Shown here one piece after another: positions 1 to 15,000 of a stretch of DNA of 64,000 nt. Source of the DNA: Pocillopora damicornis (taxonomy: Eukaryota); the NCBI RefSeq assembly GCF_003704095.1, contig NW_020846122.1, forward strand, positions 372,001-436,000, read 5' to 3'. Within the stretch, counting starts at the first letter, position 1. Every line of letters starts with the position of its first letter. A program made the position numbers and the translations under genes. Below the pieces are notes generated by a model. It was given only the letters and a program-made list of their open reading frames with translations, did not search any database and was not told where the DNA came from.

Positions 1-3000
1 GCTGCTGTACAAGGGGTTCGCCCGTTTGCGATGATAGAGATAAATCCAGCTTGCCGCCCTTATTGAGCCTGTCACACATCAGCGCAATGTGTTTCTTTAG
101 CTTGCTTGTATCTTTAGGAATCTTCATGGCTGAAACACCAACTGTAGGCAGAGTCAAAGAACACTGAGCGAGATTTGTACACACGGTTGGTGCAAGTTTT
201 TTCCAAAAAAATTCCAAACCTCTTTTTTTTTTTTTTCCAAAAAATTATTTCAACGTTCAGACTCATTAAATCAGAGACAATTTAAAATTAAACGGAGGTA
301 CTAACCAGCCTGATCCTTTGCACTTTTTGCCAAACAGGTCCGCAATAGGTGCGTAATTGCAGCATCTGTAATTTCCTCCCAGCCCTGAACACAAGGAAAG
401 ACACAGAATTACATAAGCGATGTATTTCAACAATCTGAAACAGCAAATTACAGATGTAACTTGTTTACCACCGTTACAAGAAAGAGTACTAGTGACACTG
501 TTTACGTTCACCGAAACGAATTGAAAATGAATTGGAGGGAGGAGGAGAGGTGAATCCCCGAAGCAAGGAAGACTCCTGGAAATTAGCTGATATTTCATGA
601 TAAGCTGACTTAAACACGCGTTTTGAGTGGTTCTTACCCATGATGCATTGGAGGGCAGACGCATAGATGACGTCACCATTAACAACCTTTTCTTTTTTAT
701 TATTGAAAACAAATTGATTCCATGTTGCGGTGGCTCGAGACTATAAAAGATCGCAAAAAAAGTCAAAATGTGGTAAGAACATCAGCGACACACACAGCTG
801 CGCCTAGTGTGCTAAATTTTCGGTCTTACCACATTTTAACGTCATTTGTGATCTATTACTAAACAGACGCACGGAAACATGGAATCTATTTGTTTAATGG
901 AAACCAGATACACGACTTGAAATTGGCAGTAGTCGCTTTTTACGTTCGTTTTATCCTCTTGCTTTTTGCTTTTAGTTTGTGTCTGCTTTGTTGTATCGTT
1001 TTGATTTGTTTTTAACAACTCCGTTAATCCCACATAATTATTAAAAAGTTTGCGAGAATTATGAATGCTATAAAATTATCAAAGCTTATCTTTTCAGTTC
1101 CCTTTTTCATTTTCTTGTTCTTTTTTTTAAAGGATGTCACCTGACATTTCAAACTACGGATGCGAAGAAGACGAGTGATTTAAAAATTGCCAGAGAGGGA
1201 AAACCACATAATGTTCGCGACAAAAATTTGTCTCCTGTTGTTGTTCCTTTATGTGTATGTGTCTTTTCTTTTTTAACCGAATATATTTTGTACTTAAATC
1301 ACGCCATGAAACTGATACCTCACTTTTGTAAAATATTAGGAGCCTGTAGCTCGCATAAGTCTCTTGGTTTCCCTACTGGTTTCCTCGCTCCATGCTAAAT
1401 CTTCAGGTATATCATATTAATGTAAATGTAATTCCTCTGTTATTTTCACCGATGTATCATAATTAAAAAATGACAAAATAAAGAACAAACAATAAGAAAA
1501 TAATAATAAAATAAAAAAATACGATTGTAAAATACCTGTTCCCGTGATTCAGATACTTCGGGAGAAAGCGCAGTCTGAAGAACCTCAAAATCTTTATCTG
1601 ACATGTTGGTCCAAAGCCTGTGGAGTAATTAAAAAAGATGAAAACAGATGACGTGAACAAATTCCTATATGGCGTGACATATGATGCCAGCATGGCGTAA
1701 CATGGCATAAAGTTGCGTTCGATCCTCATACGGAATGTCACGCAAAGAATACACAGACCTTGCCTAAAACACATCGTTCAGAGCCACATCCAAGTGCGAA
1801 AAATTCAACTCGCTAACGCGAAGTGGAGTGTTTCTTTTAAACCCGCTCGAGAAAAATTCTTTCACGTTTTCTTACATATTCTCTGGTGTCGTTAAGAGCA
1901 ACTTTCAAGCGAGCGTCAGAGGTAATAAGGGACTGCCTTGTTTTTTTCTTCGCGTCACTGTGCGTCCAGAAAACTTGCGCCACTTTTTAATCCAATCAGA
2001 TGCAAAAGTGCAACGCAAAACTTGGTCACTCGTGAACTCTTGCGCATAAGCAGTTTTCTAGTCTTTTGTCTGCGTTTTCACCGGCCTGTTGTAATATTCT
2101 TCTATCTTCTGATTGGCTGTCGTCATTACTTCAGTTTTTATTCTACGACACGCAATCGCAAGTGCTCTATTATTGACAAAAGGGCCCTCACTTACTTGAT
2201 AAGGAAATTAATAAGTCGTGTTCCGCATGATAGATTATATGAAGCTGCTTCGATGGCTCGTTCGCACTCCTCATCGGCCTCTCCAAGCGCGAGGAGCTGG
2301 GAAGATAATTTTATACTTTAAATGGCTTTCTACCAGAATGCATGCCAGCTGATCGACGTTTAGAGCAGAAATGTAACCTTACGTCCAATTCTAACTGATG
2401 GTAAGTTACACGGAACAAACAATTCTAGAAATCTCTTGAAATTTTCCTCGGTACAAAAAGAACCATCAAGAAAGTTGAAATGTCCCAGTTTCAACCATTA
2501 AAATCAGGAATACACCAATTGAACATAAGATCCTAGAGAAATACCGCACACATAAAGGCTTAATGTTTTTGTGTGAGAAAAACAAAGTTGACCTAATAAT
2601 CAAAGCTAGTTACGTCCTGTTCATTCGTTATTTTAATTGGGCAAACATTTCGATTAGCTTTTTCGTACAATACCAAAAGAAAAATGAGAAAATTTATGAA
2701 GGCTGTAAGATTTCCTCCTTAATATAACGCCTCCTATTCGATAAATTCGCACTCATACTCGTAACATACTAACTTATCAAGTAACATAAGAGCGACTTAT
2801 TATTTAATCAACACCTTCCATTGTCAATCTTTATTCTATCTACCTGTCTGTAAGTCCCGTCAAGAAGAGTGTCGAGGTTCGCAAGAGGTGCCGGGGTCTT
2901 GTCTTTGAACCTTGTTAACAATCTTCTTTGAATTGCTCGAAACTGTTGAGCCCGCTGTGATAGCAACTCGCGGTACTTCGTTTGGTTACAGCGTTGCTGT

Positions 3001-6000
3001 GAATCAGATGATGCAAGAGATTATAAACGGAATAATCTCTTGGATGATACAAACTTATATGACGTTACATTTACGTTGCTTTCTCGCTGTTGAGTAATAT
3101 CATGTAAATTGGCCATTGTAAATAGTTTCTAAAACTGAATTTTCGAGTGTTAGCCCTTCGTCAGGGTGGATGTCTTTTATTGCCACAGCTGACTCAAACC
3201 CACCTTCATAGAACGATTTGAAGAAGTATTGAGTGACAGAAATATATAACTAATTGTCAGAAACAAGAGATAACAAAGCGTTTATAATCTCTTGGTAAAA
3301 AGCACATTACACGATAAAGCCTGCGACAAATGAGAGTGCCACTTACCTCAAAATGAGCATCTATCAGTTCGTAATATTCCTGTAAAGGCAACGGGCCCAT
3401 GAATGATGCACGAAATTGAACGGCGTCCTACAAAGAGATCACATGATAGAAATTATAAACACAAACAAGTCTTTTATTGAAAATCTTTGCCTAACGTCGA
3501 GATCACTACACAAACCAAAAGTTGCAAAGCTGTGGCCAAAAAAGGATAGACAGAGGGAACGATAAATGTGCACCCCCCCCTCCTTAACCTCATGAGGTTA
3601 CCATCCGGCTATGAAAGCAGAAAATTAAGATGTGAAATCTTTTTGTAATGTCTTGTTGGTGTTACCTTATTCTTTTTGAAGTGCGCCTCTAACCGCTTGC
3701 AAACCTCATGTAGAACAAGCCACATTCCCTGAAACACGTCACACTGGATTCTGTATCTTTCTACAAAGAAAAGACATGGCTCTTTTCACTTCACGTAGTA
3801 AATCACAATACCGTGACGAGGGAAACAAGAGGTGAAATGATGAGTTGGAGGTAGAAATAATTCAAACCTGACTTGCACTCGATTGCAAAATCGTTGGCAA
3901 CTAAAGGCATGATCTATGAACGATGAGCAGAGACCCAACGGCTTTACGGGAAGTGTCTGCTCAGTACAAAGTCAGTGCTCTACTTTTTCTATCCTTCATG
4001 AGGAATTTTTGTCTATGATATTTTTTTCTTTTAGGAAAGTGAAAATGGCCTCTATCATTTGCCGCGTTCAACTAAAAGTAGTTATCACGTACATGTGTAC
4101 CCATAAAGCCGTTGGGTCTAATCGTTCATTTGTAACGGGATTTAGGTGTCAACAATTTTGCAATCTAGTGTATATCGCTATTGTACATACGTGATGTTTT
4201 TGAAGCGAGGATTGTAACAAGCGGTCCACCAAAGTACTTTATGCCAACTGCTGCCATCGGAATTACAGCATCATTTACCATATCTACAAAAAGAAAACGA
4301 TACGAACAGTCAAGGAGTTAAGTTGCAGTTCGTGGAACTCGAAACGAAAGTGGACCAAAAAATTTGGAATTTCTCCATTTGTAATCCGTTGTAATCGTCT
4401 CCATCCTTGTATGTTTGTTTGTTTGTTTTTATGCTTTGTTTGTTTCATTTTGGTGTTCTCCAATCATGTCAAATATAATATATTGTTGTTTATGTGACAT
4501 CTACCTCGCAAAAAGCAAGAAACGACCACGGCATCGTTGCGTAACGCCGACAAAAACATCGGTTAAGCAATTTGCCCGAGAAGTATCGCTTTTTTGGTTG
4601 GTTTTCCTATCATTATTTTGTTTTGTTTGTTCTTCAGTTGTTTGTCGACATTGTATGCCATACTATCAACAATATTTGTATTCTTTGCCAAGTAGCGTTT
4701 ATAATTTGGAACTCGATATTTTGGTTGTTCAGTGATGCACCATCTGCGTTAACTGCTTTTCAAATAACTGGCCTGATAGCTTTAAAAATCATCCCGAAAT
4801 ATCCCACAGAGCAACTGATAACACAGCAACCAATGACTTACCCGGAAATATTTCAGCAAGATTCACAGGAGGTTTGTTGGTATCTAAAGTAAGCTAAGGT
4901 ATAGAGAAAAAAAAAATTCAATTTTGACCTAAAACTTTGGTTCGTTTGTCTTGGTTGTTCCTTTGGCTGTTGTCAGTTTTGTTGATATTACTCACATTCC
5001 TGTGTTAACGTTTAAAATACCTGGTTATCTCTCCCTAACCATTAACCCTGTACACCCTAACATCAGTATGCATATTCTACTGTTCTCTATACATTTCCTG
5101 AAGCCCTGGCAAGGAGAATTTGTTGACAAATGAGGAGCTTTATAAGTTGGTGATCATTTCCTTAAATCTTGTGACTTTGTTCGATTCAGGGTTGATATTA
5201 TAAGGAGAAATTAGAAGCTGGTCACTCATACAGGTTAAAGGGTTAAAGAAATAACTTCCGTTCTTGAGAATTTAAGGTGGACACGAACAGCGTCGGACCT
5301 CATTTGTGGGGCACACATAGTTGTAAATCACGGAAATACACGACTTCACGTCCGTTCGAGGTTTTGAATTCAGAGTATAGAATTTCATATTTATCTTTCT
5401 TTCGCCCCCCATAGAGTTTGTCATAATTTCGTCCTTGATCCTTACCTTATGAGTTGCGTTTTTCACTGGGGGACATCCTTTACAGACAACAGCTAACGGA
5501 AAATGAATGTCTGTTTGGGCGACCCGTGGAGCCTCTATGAACACAAAAACTGAGGTGAGAAAAAGTTTACATGTGCTATGTAGATTTCTGTAAACCGAGC
5601 TCTTTTTGATTGCTCAGTATTTTTCTCGATCCTAAATTCAGTTACGGGTTCCACTCGTCTCTCGAAGTCCTCAAAGTAAGGAACATCTATCTCTAACACC
5701 AAAATGACTAGTAATCCCCCTGCTGTAACTAAATTTTGACAGAAACTACGATAAGCCGCAAAAAGGTTTAGGCACTCTTAGATTCTGATGAACATTGGGA
5801 AAATGCATCCCTTACTTATTCCATTGCACCTTTACCTCCCAAAACAATGTTGTTGTTGTTGTTGTTGTCGTTTAATCTCCCCGAATTCTTGTGTTTAAGT
5901 TCAATCTTATTAGAACAGGATACAAGTGAACTCACCAGAGTTTGTAACGTACGTTGCCGTGACCTGGGCTTTTAACGAACAAGGAATAGATCCTCCACGT

Positions 6001-9000
6001 GAATAGAAAGAGATCTCTGCAGATACGGGTTCACTTCTATCTCCTGAGAATAAACAACGACAGAAAGAAACAATACGATGATAATGGTACTCTTTACAGC
6101 AAGGCTGTATCTTCATAGAAATAATTAAGAAGTCAAACTCGACAAATATCTAAGGGTACTCAAGCGCTGGTAATGGTTGAAATGTAGGTTCAATCTCCCT
6201 ACGGTTTTCATATGAATGTAACTGCATGTGGAATTCGCAACCAGGAATACATGTTAGAAGCTTTTGAAAAGGGTGAGAAAAATGCCATCCCTTTTACACT
6301 GTGTTTCCACCTGCTTTTCAACTTGAAAACCTTGAGGCCTACATGGGAAAACATTTGCACTTACATAAGCGCTTTTAAGCCTCAAATTTGTAATTTGTGA
6401 ATGGAGACGAACAAACCCGAATTTAAGAATCAGGCCTCAAGAACGCCTGAGTTATGATACTACTGACTGTAACGTAGCATGATGATTTTGCGAAATTTCT
6501 ATACTGCGGTTGTCGATTTAATGTTTTAATGTTTTGCGGTGAAAAATTTAACAGTTCACACTTAGAGAAATTTCTGCTGAGAAATTATTGTCCAATATCA
6601 AAAGCTTATCTTTAATTCGTAGTTCATCAACAATGACACTTTTACTCACCGATAATAGGGAAGACAATGGATGATCTGTTACACATAATGGGGGGACTGG
6701 ATATGACACTAAGAACTACATTTTCTAGGGGACTTGGTGCTTGTGACTTGAGAGTGATCTAAGGAGGAGACAGGCTCTTGTTAACAATGACGAACGATAC
6801 ATCTCCTTTGGGAAAGCAGGATAATAATTGGATTACCCACTCGGGTTCCAGGTCGTTACACACTAGATGACAAATCGTTGTGCGGTCAAGTCGCTGCGAT
6901 AAGTCGCCTTGTGTGATGAAGGTGATTTTCATAAAAACAAACTTCAGAGACAATTCATGTTGAATTTATGTTTCCTATAATGCCGGCGTGATTTTAGCGA
7001 GCAAGTGCTTAGTATTTTCTCGGTGAAAATTATAGCTACGACGGTCAGAAAGGAAGGAGAGGGAAGGGGGTAAAGCAATAGAGTCTTTCTCCACCCCTCC
7101 CCCCATCGTCTACTCGTACTCTCAGTCAAACGTGGCCGGCAAGATATACGATCGCGAGCTCGTAACGCTACCTCGCCAAGACAAGACAAATATACTGCTG
7201 GAAAGAGAAACTGACCTGTTTATATTATCTTGACTGCAGGCTAGAATTTAACTCAGATTTTGTAGTGCCAGACTCTTGGCAAACCTATCTCCGACTCGTC
7301 TTAAACCAACCCGCGGGGGCCGAGAAACGCGTGTACTGTATGGCTAACAATTCTAGCCTACACGTGGCCGTACCCTCCCCTCCCCCCCAAAGGAGTAACA
7401 TTCCCCCATGGGGAAGGGGAGGGTACAGCTTCACGTATATATTGATATCTACTTTCTGTCAAAAACTTACCGTTACTGTAATCGATGGGAATGTCTCGTC
7501 ATCGCCCTCATCTATTGTACTTTGCTGTAAACACAGATTTAAAACACGTCCATTAAGGAATTGAGACGAGTTTATTGAACAGTAAGTATATCTTACTAAA
7601 CGTTTTGGTGTGTAGTATCGCTGAGTGTCCTTACAAGTTTGCTGTATTTTGACGAGCCCGTAGAGGCGAGTCAAAAATAAAAACAAAGAGTAGACCAAAG
7701 AGTAAAAATACTCAGTGATACTAGACATCCAAACGTCTACTAAGTTATTTAGCAAGCAACTGCTCTATTGTATGCGCATTTCTAATTAGGAGCGAAAAGC
7801 GAAGCTGTTAAAGAAGCGTAGCACACGCAGCCGAGCAGTTAAACAGGTTTTTGACAACACAAAATCACCAGCTGTTCGATATCTCTTGATATTCGTACTC
7901 GATTCGCGCGTTATTTCTACGCTACTTAGTTCAGTTGGATACACTGTTCCTGACCCTTATTCTTGGGGAAACACCGAGCGAAAAAGCGGGACAAGCCAGG
8001 GATAAACATGAGGGGGGGGAGGGGNNNNNNNNNNNNNNCCCCCCCCCCCCCCCACCCCTTTGTGTATATCATGTCCCCTCCACCGTCACTAACCGCGCTA
8101 TGCTTGATCTGATGCTTCTTACACAAAGCACATTCTCAAAATGCCAACTTACGCTGACTGAAAGGTAATTACGTATAAATTCATAGATTATGAAACTAAT
8201 ATCTTAGGGGCAACATTTGGAAAAGGACTCAGATTGAATTTGGTCACAGAAATTTGTAAAATCAATGTCATGTTTATAATGAAAATGCGCTGGTCTGCGC
8301 TTATTAAATTGAGCAATTGCAAATGTAGACATTTGCTGAAATTGCAGCACAGCTGCGAGGATCAAATGTTGCTGTTCTTGATTTTCATCAGCAGATCAAA
8401 TAAAATTTATTTGACTAAATTGTGATCAGATTCTTCCACGGAAGAGAAAAACCCTCTCATGTTTGCCTCGCTCCCAAAGTGAGGCTTCGTAGATCAGATG
8501 GTAGCAGCGCCCACCTAGTATCTAGGAGGCCTGGGTTCGACTCCCGTTGAAGCCTGAAGTTTCCTGGCTTCTTTTCTACTGTTGCTCAATTCTATTTCAT
8601 CAAAATTGTAAGCACATATAAACTTAAACTACAGATGAAAGATGAGCGACTCATGGTAAGTGTTTTACTTACCGATACTGCGTCTAAACTTGTTGGTACA
8701 TTTACAGAGATAACAAGGTCTTCTCTTTGCTGTGCTTTGGGTAGAATTTCTACAAAAAGAGTCATATGTATGCATTTAGGATAGCCTGGCAAATACTGTG
8801 TTCTTATTGGCTGAGTGGAGGCCAGACGGGAAATACAGTATTTGATTCGAAGTCACAACGTACACTAGAGCTCATATAAGCTGAAAATTTTCAAAATAAG
8901 TGCATTAAAGAAAAAAAANNNNNNNNNNNNNNNNNNNNNNNNNNNNNNNNNNNNNNNNNNNNNNNNNNNNNNNNNNNNNNNNNNNNNNNNNNNNNNNNNN

Positions 9001-12000
9001 NNNNNNNNNNNNNNNNNNNNNNNNNNNNNNNNNNNNNNNNNNNNNNNNNNNNNNNNNNNNNNNNNNTGCTCATCATAAAGTCAAAACATCCTCCACAGTC
9101 TTAAAGCAGACGTAATCATCCGTTAACTGTACAATAATTGGTCCTTTCCTCACCTGAACTAATTGTAGATTCTCTTATTTCTTTTTGCAACTCTTTCATT
9201 TCAACATCTGCCTCCTGAATTTCAAAATTAAGTGCAACTGCACCTCGTAAGAATCTAATACGTATATTTTAAAACCATATCATTGCAGATGTTTACAAGT
9301 ATGCGGGATTCATGAATTATGCGCTCTTTGATTGATTGTGGTTAAACCAAAACCAAAGTAATAGCAATGGCTAGTCGGTAAATTTTTTTGCCTTTAATAG
9401 CCAATGAGAGTCCAGGGTAAACACAACTAACTGCCTAGAGCGCGGGAAAGCGCTGGAAAACGCTAGCGACCAAGTCGTGATTGGTTTCAGTTTTGCATCT
9501 GATTGACTGAGAGATTGGTGCGAGGTTTCCTGGACCAATCACAGAACGAGGTAAAGCAAAGCCAGTGCAATCGCGGATTATTTTCGACACTCAATTGAAA
9601 ATTGTCCTATCTACATTGTATCTTCGATGACACTCGCAAAAAAAAAAAATAAAACCAAAAAAACAAAAACAAAAAAACACTCTTGTACTGACCTCATAGT
9701 TTATATCTCTTGCCTCAGGGGCTGGTGTCACCATCATAGAGGGATCAGTTCCCAGATAGGCACAATGAAGGTAACCTCCTTCGTCCAGTGTCACTATTAC
9801 ACCTTGTAATTCTCTGTGGTAAAAGTTCGCAAAAAAGAAGAAGATCATTCATAAGCGTGTTTCGTGACTGACTGATCGCTACGGCTACAACACACTAGGG
9901 AAAAAATCACAGTGGTATGCCACAGCAACACGTCCCAACAACAATTTACTTTTGGTGAAACGCAGAATGATTGAGAAAATCTGTCACTGTAACAGAATTT
10001 TCTCACCGTAAAATTGGATCACAGAAATTTCCATTTGTATTTGTCTCAACCGAAAGCTCATTTGGTATCCAAGATCAGGAAAATTCTTCCGCTGACACAA
10101 AATCTCTCTGCCTTAATATCCATGGGGTAAAACTTTCTTTTTATTCACTGCGGAGAACAGTTTCGTAACTTATTAGGTATCCAGTCGTTTCGTACCCACG
10201 GACGTTTCGCACCCACGGAAGTTTCGCACCCATCCCACTGATTGATTCTTACCCGTCCCGACATTAAGTGACTATCAAAACCTGGAGATCTCACGGAATA
10301 CTTCACAAGCGGGCGCGTGAACAGATGTCGATTGTTGCGTACGTTACGAGTCAAGTGAGTACGATACAAGAAGAGTTCTGCTCTGTGTACTTGTGACCTT
10401 CTTAACAAGAACCAGACCAGACCCCTGTGACATTTTTAAATAGGAACTCTCTGTTGACAAAAGGAGCTTCTCAAAATACTAATAGATTCGTTGTTTGTGG
10501 TATATTTTTTTCTATGGTATTTCTTTAAGACTTTACACAAACCTATGAAAAGCAATGTCTTTTATGATACAGTTAGTTTCAGCAAAACACCAACATGAAG
10601 TAGCCTCAGTTGTTTTTTTCACCTTAATCTTTCCATCAACTTACTGAAATGAAGCTACTTTAAGAGCAACAGGAATGTGGGGTAGTTGCGCCGCCCATGC
10701 AAGTGTAACGTCTTGGTATATCATCAGCGTCTTGTTGTAAGTGGCTACCAGAGCATTAACTGTCTCTTCCACCACTGAAAAGCAGGTTAGAGAAGGAATG
10801 ATTGATGGTCAAAATAATATATTCCATTAAGAACTGGACCATTGGATAATGCAATTCGAGAGTTTTCATTGGCTTGGCGTTCGTGGATTACGAGCCGTTA
10901 TAGCATGTGTACGCATGAATAACAGTTAAAACGGAAACGTTTTAGTAAATTGTAACATTCCATTTGTTCTTACAAAATGGAGTTGGGAAGATTCATCTAT
11001 ATTTTGGCGCGTTTTCAATAAAACAATTATTCCACTCACGCCCGTTTGATACGAGATGATTATAGCTATCTATTATCTTATATCCAACGCGAGCTTGTGG
11101 AAGAATTCTTTATAAAACCATGGTCATTCTTTTATTCTTAGGCAAGACACGCACGTGTAAACTCTCACAGTGCCTGTGTCCATTTTGGAGAATAAATGAG
11201 TCCCGGTGAACTTTCAGGCCTAACAAGAAGTTTAACTCTTTCTCATAAATTAACTAATTATCCTTACGTTCTTCCATACTATTCTTAAGATCTCAGTTTG
11301 GAGAACTTAATATTGGATCAACCAACAATCCCCCAATTTACATTTTCCTTGATTCTCAATACCTGTCTGCATGATATTGTAGTGGTATTGTAAGGAGAAA
11401 TTCTGTTTTGGTCACCCAAGTTAGTTAAAGGATTAAGGGTAACCTGTACTGGACTAGCTGCATAGCAACAATCCTCATTGCATCTCTTTATGGAGACTGA
11501 GATAAGCTGCAGTACCTTTCAGAAAATTGGTAAAAAGAGCGGACTACTCTAGTTTATCTTAATCTTGGAATTAGAACTACTGTACTAAAAAACAAAAATC
11601 AAGGAAGTAACCAGTGCAAGGACAACGCATCAATCATTAAGAATTGTTGTAAAACAATTATTCAATGAAAAATTGTCAAATGCTTGTGAGAAAATACTTT
11701 GTGGCTGGTATGATGCTGGGTTTAGTCTTGGCTAAAACTATCTTTAATAGGAAATTTAACAATATTTTCTTACCTGAATTGTACGGAATGAAACAACTTG
11801 GATTATATTCAAATTTTTTCATGAATCTAACTGATCCATTCTCATTAAGACAAAACAATGAGCGTTCACCTAGAGACAAAACAAAATAAATTTAAGTTTT
11901 CATGTACACTGTACCATGTAAGTTGTGTTTAGAATTTGCTTTGGTTTAACAATTTTCAATCCTGAATTTAATTTTGATTTTCGTTTATCTTAGATCCGTT

Positions 12001-15000
12001 AATCAATTATCAAAACCTCAAGGAACCTTGGGAAAAAATAATCATGGTTTTGAATTTTTAAACCGATAAAAAATAATATTTTGAACCACAACATATCCAA
12101 CCTTTCATCTTGTAGTTTCAAAATTTTGACAATAATAAATCAAATTAATTCAAGACAGGTGACAGTTTTAATGTACCAGTTGTTAGAAGTTCCAACATCC
12201 CTTCCCACAACCAACGGGAATTTGACCATTGTCTGTGCCTAGGGGGTAGAGAATTTGAACCTTACACAGCTGGGGTAAGGAATTTGAACAGGAAATGTCA
12301 AGTCTTTCCAGCCAAACACAAGTGTCAAATATTTAAATATGGAGGTGTTTGAGGTAAACAGTTCACTTTTGTGCGCAAGTACCGCAGAAGAAAAGATTCG
12401 TGCAAGGTCTAGATATTGAAGCTTGGTCTCTTTGAAGAAAGTCTTTGCCTTCTAGAAGAAAATTGGGTAGGTCATTTGAACACAATTTTTGCTACATGGG
12501 GTGGGAATTTAAATAAACCCATCTTCAAAAGTTCAAATGCCTTTGGGGAGATTACCTGGTGGAATTGCCCAGGGGAGGGTGGGGGGAGGGGGAGGGAAGT
12601 TGAAGCTTCAAATTGATTGGTGCATAAAATCAATATAATGCTAATAATATTAACAATAATGGTAATAATAAATTAATAAAAATCATATCTGATATCATTA
12701 TTATTACCATTACAACTTTATATCTCTTACCTAAAACATAAATTGATAGTGGTGCATTTGCACTGGTGAAAACAACTATGTCTATTGCACTTTCACCAAT
12801 ATTTGATGACCAGTCGATCTGCAAAATAAACCTCATTGGAACTCAGGCAACCTGAAGTACTTGTTTAAAAGCTATCCTAACTATTCTGTGGCATCTCATT
12901 CAACATGTAGAAACATGCAACTGAGCAAATGGCTGGTAATGCAAAAATTGTGATTTAAAATGTCAAAAAATATCATAATTTGTGTCAATAAATGCTACAT
13001 GATGGCAAATTGACATGGTAAAAATTGAAAAGAAAGTATGAAATTGTATGAGGAGGTTTGCTGCATATCTTAATTTCTGACTTACATTGCACAAATTTGT
13101 TAGGAATGATACAGATGGCAGCACTACACAAAATACCTGGCACTATTTAGAAGTTATAATGTACAAGTATATATGCAGCTTTCGCATCTCACGGAGACTT
13201 ACAGTTAACTTCTTTCCTGAAACTTTTTTATTTCCAATATCTTCTTTTGTGTTCGCATCTGTTGCCACAGCAAGAGTCTGGTATCTGTGAAATAAACAGC
13301 AAAAATTTTCAGTACATATGTGGTATTGACCAAGCAGTATGGGCTGGATATTGGCAGAGTTCTTTTGTCAATCCTGAGTTGGCAAGATGGACCCATCTTC
13401 TTGCCTTGGGCTAGCAAATCAGAATGAAAGATTTACTTTATATCACCCATGGGTCCTGCCAGCTATAATGTTTGTAATAAATGAAGCTGCAGTGGTGCTT
13501 TTTCCAGACACTTTTCTTGAATCAATTCAGACAGCTGATGGTTCACAATCAGACACCACTCTAATTTTTGAAATAAACTAATCAAAATAAAAAGCATTCT
13601 AGGCTCCACACAACACATTCATGAATATGAAAGCCATCTTCGTAGTAATGAACACTGCTTAAGCAGTGGGGAAAATAAGGCCTGCACAGGATTAAAAATC
13701 TATCACCTCTATGATACTGGTGCAGTACTCTACTGAGCTAACAAGCCACTGGGAGCTGGTTATTATGTTGGTTCTTACTAAACTTAATAGAGCACTGCAC
13801 TGCAGAGATCGCTTTCATATTCATTTCATAAAACCACAATTCACAAATATGATTTTCATATATCCACAGTCATCAACAAATTTGTTTTAAGCTGTGTATT
13901 TTAATATCTACATCTCAAGAGAGCTGTGGACCTTCTAAGCTTATGAACTAAATTCCACAGGAAAAGAAGTTCAACTTTACAACACAAGAGAACAGAAAAA
14001 TAAGAAAAAAAATTAACATTGGGTTTCAATAAACAGCAAGTTTGTGTACATATGGGTAAGTTCTCAAGAAATCATTGCCAGCTCTTAACCTTTTCACTCC
14101 CAGAAGTGATTGACATGTTACTTCTCCTCAAAATATCCATAAACCATCCAGCATACATGTAATGAGAATACTCGAACTTATCAGGTAGAAATTGTCATCT
14201 TGATTTAACACCAATTTCTTGTAACTAATTTACAAGGAAATGTGGAGAAGCTGAAGGGGAGAATTGACAATAACATTTTGGGAGTTACAGTAAAGGTCAA
14301 ACCAAGGCAACAATCTAGTCTAAATAAGAACTGCTTCAGGAAAAAGTCTTACTTGTAAGATTCAATCAGCCTTGATGAGCTACAGGTTACAAATGAATCT
14401 GTCTTTGGCACATAACTCAGAGGACCAGGTAAAAGAAAACCTGGGAGAAATCTCCCAAAGGCAAAACTCTCTTGTTCAAAGAATGACAACATTCCATCCA
14501 TGGACTGGATACATATGAAGTCCTTGTCTGAAAAAAGACCAACCAAAGAAATCAACACATAGAAATAGTATAGACTGAGAGAGACAACCTACATGTAACC
14601 ACATTATTCTGTCTCAATTATTATGCAAATTACCTTCAGATATTTTTTAAATGCTACCTACTGCCCAAAAGTAAATTGACAGTCTCGACTCAAAAATCCA
14701 TCCTCAATACTCAAAACTATTGAGAATTGAGAATTGAGGAGGAAAGATTGGGGATCAAGGATCAAGGATTGTGGATTGAGGGACTGTCAACTTACTTTTG
14801 CGTGGTACTATATATTTATCAAATTTCAAAGCACTGCCTTCTTGTTACAGAAAAAATTTATACCTAATAACATGGTTTTGATACAGTCAAAGGAAATATA
14901 CTTTATTATATCCTTTACTTTTGCAATTTTCAGACTGAAAGACAACAAACTCCTCCTACTTGGAAGACATGTTTTTGCATGACCAACATCTGTGTTAGTT

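Noticed and set aside
266-766. 166-aa ORF on the minus strand
   Set aside because: It overlaps BBS9 exon 306-384 in the wrong frame and is otherwise intronic.
8483-8555. Functional tRNA gene
   Set aside because: Irregular D and anticodon arms, and it is embedded in a repeat family, so treated as a tRNA-derived element.
10183-10232. Three 17-bp repeats (gtttcgcacccacgga)
   Set aside because: A short tandem subrepeat, probably a transposon end; no spacers and no supportable function.
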